Part shown: positions 53,924-64,000 of the stretch, piece after piece
Position numbering within the stretch: position 1 is the first letter of the stretch
How the letters are laid out: each line of letters starts with the position of its first letter
Position numbers and translations under genes: made by a program
DNA from: Octopus sinensis
Lineage: Eukaryota
Assembly (NCBI RefSeq): GCF_006345805.1
Contig: NC_042997.1
Coordinates: 146,444,001 to 146,508,000 of the forward strand
DNA: 64,000 bases
Direction: 5' to 3'
Notes under the pieces: generated by a model
What the model was told of the DNA's origin: nothing
The model's database searches: none
What the model saw: only the letters and a program-made list of their open reading frames with translations

Positions 53924-53959
<36 letters not shown>

Positions 53960-53964
53960 TAGAC

Positions 53965-54007
<43 letters not shown>

Positions 54008-55556
54008 CAAAACAAGGTATAAATAATAATCATTACCTATTCATTTATTGTAGTAAATTTACCACAATGAAAGAAAGTGATAACCGCTATTTACATCTTA
54101 TTTTGTATACCACACCACTCTGTGTAAAAAAAAAAAAAGGAAGTCTAACTGGGAACACAACTATGCATTTATAATATAAAATGCTAATGGACTTATAACC
54201 TTGGACCCTGCCACAAGCATACGGGGAGTTCTTCACTAATCTAAAAAATATTGTTTGTCTAGTGTATTTGTGTTAATAGAGAGCTTGTAAAGTATTTTGC
54301 CCGGAGTAATAATCCTCATTAATAACTCCATCTTTTGAAATATCTATCTATCTATATATATATATCTCCCACCACCGCTTGACAACCGATGCTGTTATGT
54401 TTACGTCCTGTAGTGGTCCGGTAAAGATAAGTAGCAGACTTTAAAAAATAAGTATTGGGTCGATTTCTCCGACTAAAATTCTTCAAGGCTGTGCCCCAGC
54501 TTGGCCGCAGCCTTATGACTGAAGCAAGTAAAAAGTAAAAGATAAAGGTTTGCTGTTACGACTGTGATAATAGATACAAATGAAACATATAGCCTGAATG
54601 TAAAAGCTGTAGGCTTTTCACTCGTTCTTCGTAGATGTTCGACCCAAAAGTTTGACGAGACATTGATATCAATCGGGTAGCTTAACTTCACAACGGTACC
54701 TTTTTCCAAAATTTTAGTTTGGAAATCTCCCAGTGTTATTGGCAATACCTGATTTACAAGTCCATGTTAATAATAATAAAAAACATCAGAAGTCTCATCT
54801 GATCATTTCTCTAAATTACATTGTTATTAAAACCTCCAGAATTATTAGTAATAGTATTTTCTGTTCCATAACTGTACCCATAATCAAAATTTTGATTTGT
54901 AAGTATTACTTGCAACTTTTGATCTAATAGTGTATGTTAATCAAAAACTTCAGAGATCTTGTCTGTTCAAATCTCTAAAATACATTATAATGAATAGTTT
55001 AAAAGATTATAAGAAAGAAACAGACCGAGCCAGGGTCACCAGGATGTCATAATCACACGTGAAATACGGATCAGATTTTGATACCTCTTTTCTGTAAACT
55101 CGCGTTACATTCTGGTAAAACGTTGATACGTTTGAAATCCTATATCACGAACGTATTTTTTTGTTTTTTTTATTGTTATTTTTTTAATATGGTTACAGAT
55201 AATCCTTCGAGCTGATTTATATGTAAAGGTAATAAATACATTCAGGCATAACTGGTGTCGAGTTTCTTTTCTCGAAAACTGTCATGGCTGAGTTGTTTTC
55301 ATCATCAACGTAAATGAATAGTAAATTTACGAACGGTTTTGTTATGGAAGAAAGAAGAGACACGAATGTGTTTCAGTAACGTGGCATCAGAAGATATGTC
55401 ATGAATTTCTTTTTATAATCATATATCAGATGGAGAGCAGAAGTTGGCAGAATTTTTTTCATCTCTTATCATCAAAACCGGAAAACATTAAAATTTATTC
55501 TCTCTGTTTGTCAGTCAGCCTCTCTCTCCCTCTCTCCTTGCGTGTACGTTTGTGTG

Positions 55557-55595
<39 letters not shown>

Positions 55596-55739
55596 AGGCA
55601 GAGAGAGAGACAGACAGACAGACGGTATCTTACATATCACTTAATATAATTTACATGTATTCTTATATTTTGTGCAATTCGGTGAAAGACATTCAAACTA
55701 GAAATAGTAAGAGTTGTAGTACTTGTGCAGCCTATCGCA

Positions 55740-55741
<2 letters not shown>

Positions 55742-55827
<86 letters not shown>
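55742..55827. repeat. (CT)n microsatellite
   Basis: Direct reading. Confidence 0.95.
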
Positions 55828-55831
<4 letters not shown>

Positions 55832-55984
55832 CTTTCTCTTTCTCTCTCTTACTCATCTTTCCCTGTCTCCTCTCGCTCGCTCGTTTTTTCTACATTATCC
55901 ACACACACATGCACGCACATGCACTGATACCTAATCATATATATATATAAATAATATGGCGTCGAAGTCAGTCAGTCACGTACG

Positions 55985-56400
55985 GAAAGAACAAGGGCTG
56001 TTAATTTTCTGTGTAGTGAGTGCTATCCCTAGAAATTTTGCAATTGATAAAAGCCTAGTAAAAATTGGTCTTCTTCGAGTAAATCTCTGTATGAAAGCAA
56101 TGGAACGGTGAACATCAACTGAAAGTCAGCATGTGAAATCTCTACTGCTTTAACCATTCACAGATCACAGAACTATCGAGAGAAAATTTAGTGACTTTTG
56201 AATTGCAACAATACCTCGATAAATCATATAGAAAAGTCTTGGAAAATCCTTCGATTAGCTGTATGAAAAGAAGGAAAAACGTCTAGGATCTGAGATACCC
56301 ACGGACTATTTGCGATTCAACACAGCTGTATCAAGAAATAAAGTTCGTAGAAAGAAAATTGGCTGCTATCGCTACAGACCATCAAAACCACACAGTAAAT
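55985..56400 (+). pseudogene. Highly degenerate mariner transposase N-terminal remnant
   Basis: Frameshifted translation gives EQRAVNFL.SE..P, SSKSLYESNGTVNI, ISTALT and TDHQN, resembling mariner EQRAVI.FL..EG..P..., LS...VYEW...FKNG, GRPSTA and LT..QK. Confidence 0.5.
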
Positions 56401-56574
56401 TGAAATCAGACAAAAAGAGTAACAGCTTCTCCATGGAGGACCATAAACAAGTTTAGAAAAGTTTTAAAGAAAAAAAAATTTTTTAAGAATATTTGCATAG
56501 TGTTCAAATACAAGTGGCATTTTCTTTGTTTCTGCCTGTCTCTGTCTCTCTTGTTTACTCTTGTGGGTTCGCGG

Positions 56575-56618
<44 letters not shown>

Positions 56619-56628
56619 GTATGTACAC

Positions 56629-56704
<76 letters not shown>

Positions 56705-56715
56705 GATAGATAGAC

Positions 56716-56746
<31 letters not shown>

Positions 56747-56817
56747 AATATATACATATAAACATACACACAGACTGTATGTATGCATGTATGTGTTTCA
56801 GGACATAAAGGATGACG

Positions 56818-56860
<43 letters not shown>

Positions 56861-56880
56861 TGTATGCATATATACATGTA

Positions 56881-56921
<41 letters not shown>

Positions 56922-56989
56922 ATATATATGTATACATATTTATATATATATATATATATGTATATATATGTATACATATATATATATTA

Positions 56990-57053
<64 letters not shown>

Positions 57054-57059
<6 letters not shown>

Positions 57060-57321
57060 TGTACATTGAAACACAAAGAGAAATTACCTATAACAGGCAA
57101 TTTCTACACGCTAGGAGTCAAAACGACCGAAAAACCACAAAATTTAAGCAATTTCAAAGGGACTGAAAAAATAAAACTTCTACCTTGTTTTTACTTTTAC
57201 TTTTATTTTTTATTCCTTTGAAATTGCTTAAATTTTGTGGTTTTTCGGTCGTTTTGACTTCTAGCGTGTAGAAATTGCCTGTTATAGGTAATTTCTCTTT
57301 GCATTTAAATGTACACTATTT
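57054..57321. mobile_element. Fold-back element/MITE with 107-bp inverted arms
   Basis: 57054-57160 versus the reverse complement of 57215-57321: 103/107 identical; TATA-like flanks. Confidence 0.85.
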
Positions 57322-57399
57322 TATATTGAATAATATGTCGTCTACTGACTTTTTATACATGCTAGGCCACTGGTAGAGAAATTTGTAAAAGTTTACTCC

Positions 57400-57437
<38 letters not shown>

Positions 57438-57464
57438 GATTCAAGTGAATAAGTTACTTAAGTT

Positions 57465-57651
<187 letters not shown>

Positions 57652-57695
57652 CAAAACAGTTTGATTCAAACTCCTTCGTACTCCGAGTATATGTA

Positions 57696-58584
57696 CTAGG
57701 TGCGGTGAATAAATTGTCGTCTTAATGTCTAAATTACGCAAAAATGAAAATAACACTGACATCTCATTTTAACAGATATATTTACCAAAATTACATGAAA
57801 ATATCTTGAAATACTAAAGAGTAAATTTATTCAATAAAATTGCCATTCACTTCAACTACAGCCTCCAGACGACTTCAGAATCTTCTGCAACTTTTCTGGA
57901 CGATCTCCTTGTTTAAGTTGGTCAATGATGCCATAATTCCTGCCTTCAGTTCATCTTTGGTGTTACAAGGAGTTTTGTTAGTCTCTCTCTCTCACCTGCA
58001 CCCCACACATAACAACCAAGGAAGTTGCAGTCTGGAGAGTTAGGTGGCCAGATATTAGGGGTGATGTGGTTGCAGAAATTGTCTGACAGCCATGACTGGG
58101 TTCTCCTGCTTGTATGGCATGGTGCAGAGTTCTGTTGTTAGATATAGGTTCTTCCAGCAGCCACCCTCTTGACTCACGGTAGTACTACCTCCTCCAGGCA
58201 CTTGATGTAGGCCTCCGTGTTGAGTCCGAGGCCGTGTGGGAAGATAAATGGGGTCATAACGTCACTATCACTAGTGATAACTCCAAACATCATGATGCTG
58301 ACTGGATCTTTGATTTTTATCACTCTCGGTACATGTTTTGGGGACACGGTTAAGTCCCCAGATTGACACCCAAACACTCTGAAATGTTTGTACTGGAGCT
58401 TCTGGCGCGAATGCCAAGCGGTACAACATGTCATTTCCAAATTTCTGACAGGGTTAATTGCGACATGGTATTGTTTTTCTCACAGACCGTGTCCATCTGA
58501 CCCTTCTATACTGTGTAGTAAACAACATCAACAGCAAACAATGCGCATGCGCAAAATTTAAAATATAAAATGGCATCAATTGTC

Positions 58585-58586
<2 letters not shown>
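57696..58586 (-). pseudogene. Internally deleted Tc1/mariner DD37D (maT-type) transposon; transposase pseudogene 58466-57827
   Basis: Translation gives IMMFGVITSDSDVMTPFIFPHGLGLNTEAYIKCLEEVVLP*...QQNSAPCHTSRRTQSWLSDNFCNHITPNIWPPNSPDCNFLG...RLEAVVEVNGNFIE*. There are 37 residues between the second and third catalytic positions, both mutated. In-frame stops are present and the DNA-binding region and first D are deleted. TIRs are weak, with TA flanks. Confidence 0.9.
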
Positions 58587-58633
<47 letters not shown>

Positions 58634-58638
<5 letters not shown>

Positions 58639-58800
58639 TATATATTTATACAGAGGGAGATTCATCGTAACACAGTGTGAGAAAGCTGTATATATATGTG
58701 TGTGTGTGTGTGTGTGTATGTGCGTGTACGTATATATTTATACAGAGGGATATTCAGCATAACACAGTGTGAGAAAGCTGTATATGTGTGTGTGTGTGTG
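58634..58800 (+). repeat. About 92-bp tandem duplication with (TG)n spacers
   Basis: GTACGTATATATTTATACAGAGGGA.ATTCA...AACACAGTGTGAGAAAGCTGTATAT starts at 58634 and at 58726. Confidence 0.9.
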
Positions 58801-59388
58801 TATGTATTTATTTATACAAGCTGAGAGAGATACATATATACATGCGTATGAATATACATTAAAGAGAGTGAGAGGGAGAGGGAGAGAGAGATGTATACAT
58901 ATAAGCACACACATAAAATATGTAAAGAGCAACCTAGATAATGTTATCCCTGCACAATGCTAGCAAGAATAGGTGCTCAAAATTAGAATGGCTTTGAACA
59001 AGGTTGAGTGGACGTGAACATCAAGAACAACAGCAACAACCTATCTCTTACAACAAGCCTCAGTCAAAAGTAATGTTTTAATAAATTTTACTTAGTCATT
59101 TGTTTTATTCATATATACATACAAACATATCAGGAGCGGACCCAAGGATGGTGGGGCCTGAGGGGAACGTGTCTCCCTCTTCAAGAAAAGAAGTTCGCCC
59201 TACTGAATTGCGTCCTTTTCTCCTGAAATTGCATTCCCTTCTTACATTGTTCCCCCACCCGTTCGAAAAATTCCTGGGACAGCTCCAGCACGTACACATA
59301 TATACAGACACGCACGCACACAAACACACACTTAATCACACCATACACACACACACACACACACAGAAACACAAAATACAAATACACA

Positions 59389-59468
<80 letters not shown>

Positions 59469-59557
59469 TTAGAGATAAAAATTATATATATATACATGCT
59501 GTAAAATTAGATTTAATCCTAAATCTAATTTTTCCCTGTAAGTTTGGATTTACTCCC

Positions 59558-59589
<32 letters not shown>

Positions 59590-59624
59590 TATTATTATTA
59601 TAATATATATATATATATATATAT

Positions 59625-59680
<56 letters not shown>

Positions 59681-60254
59681 TTATATATTTATATATTCAT
59701 TATACATGATATTTATAATCGGGGGCAGAAGCTATGATGGATTTTATTCTGTTTTATCTTTTATACGATTAATTTCGTGTATTTTTTATTTCAGTTAACT
59801 TGTCTGCATATGTCGTAATACAGTATTACGCAATTATTTGCTTCTCTTCCTTGTGATGCTGCCAGTCAAGTGCAATTAATAGAATCCAGTGTCTTGAAAT
59901 AGGAGATTTTCCATGCCGCACTTAAAGATAACACCTGTATCATGACCTTTTAACTGCTATTGGATTTTGATATTGATATTTGATATAAATATCACTTCGA
60001 TACGCAGGAACGGCTTTGTGTGACTGAGAAGATTAAAACACTAGCAGTAATGTCTTTCCCGGTTTAACCCCCATCTCTCGCTTACCTCGAGGAAATGTGC
60101 TTTGCCTTTGGCTCAGGGCGACCAATATCTTGTCAATGACAGGGTCCAAAAGACAACTATGCATATATTCTTTTTTCGTTTTTAGTCATTGAATTTTGCG
60201 ACAATATTGGGGAACCGCCTTGAAGTGTTTTGGCGAACAAATTGACTCCAGCAT

Positions 60255-60415
60255 TTATTTCTTTATTGCCTACAGGAGGCTAAACATAGAAGGGACAAAC
60301 AAGGATAGACAAAGCAATTAAGTCAATTACATCGACTCTCGTGCATAACTGATACTTCTTTAATCAACACTGAAAGGATGAAAGGCAAAGTCGACCTCGG
60401 TGGAATTTGAACTCC
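60255..60415 (-). mobile_element. SINE family A monomer ending in the concatemer linker sequence
   Basis: Minus strand ends ...TTTAGCCTCCTGTAGGCAATAAAGAAATAAAT with no further unit. Confidence 0.75.
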
Positions 60416-60804
60416 AGCACTTCTTATTTTAAGTTTTACAGCCTCACTGAATTGATAAAATGATTAACTTAAGTAAATGTCAAGGAATGATGACAGAAGA
60501 CCTAATAGCTCGACTCCCAGAGAGTCCGTTTCTTGTTGGTTAAATGCAAACTAACAGATTTTTAACCAGATGTAATTTTGTTTGTTTATCTTTTACTTGT
60601 TCCAGACATTGGCCTGCGGCCATGCTTGGCGCGACACTTTCAAGTGTTGAGTCGAATAAATCGCTCCCACTACATACTTTTTAAAATCTGGTACTTGTTC
60701 TATTGGCCTCATTTGCCAAAGTTCCTAGTTATGGGGACGTAAACGAATCAGCGTCGGTTGTTAAGCGATGATGGGAGACACAAACTCATAACAAGCAAAT
60801 ATAC

Positions 60805-60869
<65 letters not shown>

Positions 60870-60911
60870 CATCCATCCATCCATCCATCCATCCATCCGT
60901 GTGTGTATTCG

Positions 60912-61480
60912 TCGCTAAAGCGACTGAGGGGCTATTCAGCACCAGTATTGCTAGAAATAAGTGTCAAACAACTCATAGCCACAATAATGCGCCGTCTTAT
61001 TTATTGACAAGGAAGGCAAGCTCTCTAAGCACAGGGCGTGGCCTGATCACCAATGATTCTCGTTTACAGTTATGCTCATCAGTGGCTCCTATCGGCGCCT
61101 TGGGTTAAATTCAACTCGCCTTGTCAGCTTATAAGATCACCGTAGAAATCATACGCTGATTTCATAAATGATAAAGGTGTAAATTATAAATAATAAAGGT
61201 GGCTTGTTAGCAATTTTTCAACCGAAAGGCAAAAATATATACGTTACTAAAGCGATTGAAGGCACTATTCAGCAGTATTATTGCTAGAAATAAGAGTCAA
61301 AACAACTCATAGCCACAGTCTGAAGGAGGTTGCCTCCCTTGGCAGTAAATAAGACAGTGGGTTATTGTGGCTATAAATTGTCTTGACTCTTATTTTTAAC
61401 AATACTGCTGCTTTAGTGACGTATATATTTTTGCCTTTCGGTTGAAAAATTGCTGACAAGCTATCCTTATTATTCATAGA
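60912..61480. repeat. Triplicated unit: direct copy plus inverted pair
   Basis: Copies at about 60912-61025 (+), 61184-61317 (+) and 61325-61480 (-). Confidence 0.85.
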
Positions 61481-62993
61481 CACACACACACATGATGAGT
61501 TTCCACAATTTCCGTCTTCCAAATTCACTCACCAGGCATTGGTACGTCTGAGACTATACAGGAATAAACTTGCCCAAAGTGCCAGCTGGTAGTATTAAAC
61601 CAGATAGCGGATTAAGTGCAGTGTTTCAGAAGTACCGCCCTTTTAAAAGTGTCACCGAGGCGAGCTGACCCCCTCGGAACCATTTAGTCACGCTACTGGC
61701 TAAGTGTAACTCAGAAGAAAGTCATAGTGGGATTTGACTTGCGAAAGCTAAAAGCCGGAATTAATACGGCAAGGCTTCCAATCCGACACTGACATAGTTC
61801 CGCCAATCTATCTCCTTGGATTGGTACTTCATTTTACCAATCCTGAAGGAATGTAAGATGCCCCTATTAAATTAAGGCATAGAAAATTGGACCAAATACC
61901 GCTAAGTACTGTAGCCGACGTACATAATAGAGATTCGCGTTAAAGAATAGGTACAGTAACAATGTCGAGATGGAAAAATCCTATGGAAGATAAAATCTTC
62001 CACGATTATTCTGTTTTCAGGATCGTGTGATAGCTAGATCGTGGTATGCTACCCGAAGCAACCCATCACTTTACCGCATCCCACTTCCCGGTCAGTACCA
62101 CCTATACAGGTTTATGCAGCAGGCCCGAAAATTCTGCCGGGGTGGAGCACCCTTTTCCTGGCTAAGCTACAGATTCGGGGCTACATTATCCAATGCACCA
62201 TTTTCCTTAAGATAGTAAGATGTAATATAAGGCAGATTTGGCTGTTTTCCTAGCAGCTGCTGTGACCGAGTAGAGGTGCCCTCGTTGATTCATATGCTTG
62301 CTTAAGAGTTTCAAAGTAAAATGTTTCATAGTCAAGTTAAAAATCACACACAAAAGAATCAACTTTGAGAGCCACTATTGTAACTATTATGCTTATAAAT
62401 CTTAGGAAATGCATTAATTGCAAACCCTCACCCCATTTCTCCCTATACTAAATCCCTACCTTCTGCTTATAGAAATAGCAAGCAAATCTCTATGAAATCA
62501 CACTTTCCTAACGATTTAAAGAATGTAACAAAAATGAGAAAATATATATTGGATAAGATAATCCAAGATACCCTATATCTGAAAAAACATAATAAACACA
62601 CGTGTGGTCACTTAAATATCGTCTTTGATCAATACTTTCGGTCAGAGCTAACTTGTGTTTCAACATCAACAAAGACATTTAGCGCTAATTATGGAGAGTC
62701 AAGCAGAAATTAGACGTACAGTGTTTGACTTTGGATGCTTGCTTGATATGTATTTCCTTTATAAAATAATTAAGGTTTTTCTTCCAATTTTTCTTTTTTT
62801 TCTTCTTTTTATGCGTTTTTCTATTATATTTCCCACGAAGTAGGATGATGATATTAAACTAGGAAATGATCTATGCGAAAGAATCGTGTGTTTGCGCCAG
62901 TGTCTGAGTAAACTGATAATTACAGTCGCAATACATTTAGAAAACAAAGAGAAAAGACAGAAATAAATATATTTAGTTACGATCTGTTGTTGT

Positions 62994-63240
62994 GGAGGCG
63001 CGTGGCTTAGTGGTTAGGGTGTCAGCATCACGATCGTAAGATTGTGGTTTCGATTCTTGGACAGGGCGACGCGTTGTGTTCTTGAGCAAAACACTTCATT
63101 TCACGTTGCTCCAGTCCACTCAGCTGGCAAAAATGAGTAATTCTGCGATGGACTGGCGTCCCATCCAGCTGGGGAACACATATGCCACAAAAACCGATAA
63201 ACCGGGCCCATAAGCCTGGCCAGGCTTTAAAAGGGCGCAT
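62994..63240 (+). mobile_element. tRNA-derived SINE, family C, near full length
   Basis: A box TGGCTTAGTGG, B-box-like GGTTTCGATTC, TTGTGTTCTTGAGCAAAACACTT centre and GCGATGGACTGGCGTCCCATCCAG. Confidence 0.85.
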
Positions 63241-63374
63241 TTATTTTTATAATTTTATTAGCTGTTGTTAGATAGTCAGCATCGTACAAACAAAATTATG
63301 AAGAATCCAATACCCGTTGTGGAATAAATATTTTTTCTATTGCAATGGTGATTATGGGGAAGACAATCAAAGAG

Positions 63375-63750
63375 TAGGTACTGAGTTCAAATTCCGCGGA
63401 AGTCAACACTGCGTTTCGACCCTTCGGAGTCGATAAAATAAAGTTCTAGTCAAGTACTGGGCCAATGCTATTGAATAACCTTCCCCCTTCAAAATCGCTG
63501 GCATTATGGCAAGTTAGAAAGAATTCTGATTAGGGTGATGGGTTAATACAATTACAAGAGCATTGGAAAATGTTTAGCAATAACCGTGCCAGATCTTTGT
63601 GATGAGTTCAAATATCACCGAGATCAATTTTCCTTTCCATCGCTTTGGGGTCATAAAAATGAAGTTCCAGTCAATTACTGAGCGGATGTAATCGACTTAC
63701 TCCTTCTTCCAAAACTTAGCTGGCTCTGTGTCAAAATTTGAAAACATGTT
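63375..63750 (+). mobile_element. Two diverged SINE family A copies
   Basis: Two GAGTTCAAAT units with GTCGATAAAA/GTCATAAAA centres. Confidence 0.7.
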
Positions 63751-63775
63751 TTTTACATGTTTATTATTACATACA

Positions 63776-63830
<55 letters not shown>

Positions 63831-64000
63831 CAAAGGATAAACGATTATTTTATGAACTTCATTAGCTTACAGCTGTTTCCACTATTAGATGTAGTAGACT
63901 CGACTCATAGTTGAGTACCTTAGTAACACCGTATAGTTTCATCGGAGCCTCAAACATGAAGCGTGTGCGCGTGTGTATGTATATGTGTATATATATATAT

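Overview
AT-rich eukaryotic non-coding DNA saturated with microsatellites and interspersed repeats. The repeat families look to me like an octopus (coleoid cephalopod) genome; this is recognition from memory, not a database result. No host protein-coding gene can be supported. Nearly all ORF-track entries are translations of (TA)n, (TG)n, (AGAT)n or (AAT)n arrays, or of SINEs. Supported content: (1) many copies of at least three tRNA-derived SINE families, one often present as head-to-tail 184-bp concatemers; (2) Tc1/mariner relics, including an internally deleted DD37D (maT-type) transposase pseudogene, a degenerate mariner 5' piece and two TA-flanked MITE families; (3) degenerate CR1-type reverse transcriptase fragments and LINE-like 3' ends with (AAT)n tails; (4) a 100-N scaffold gap. 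The most interesting signal is about ten hammerhead-ribozyme-like motifs of the minimal Penelope type, almost all on the minus strand. One (7264-7350) has a fully canonical catalytic core and is enclosed by a 42/43-bp inverted repeat. Two long fold-back elements (57054-57321 and 61184-61480) are also notable. All structures were folded by eye and need computational and biochemical confirmation.
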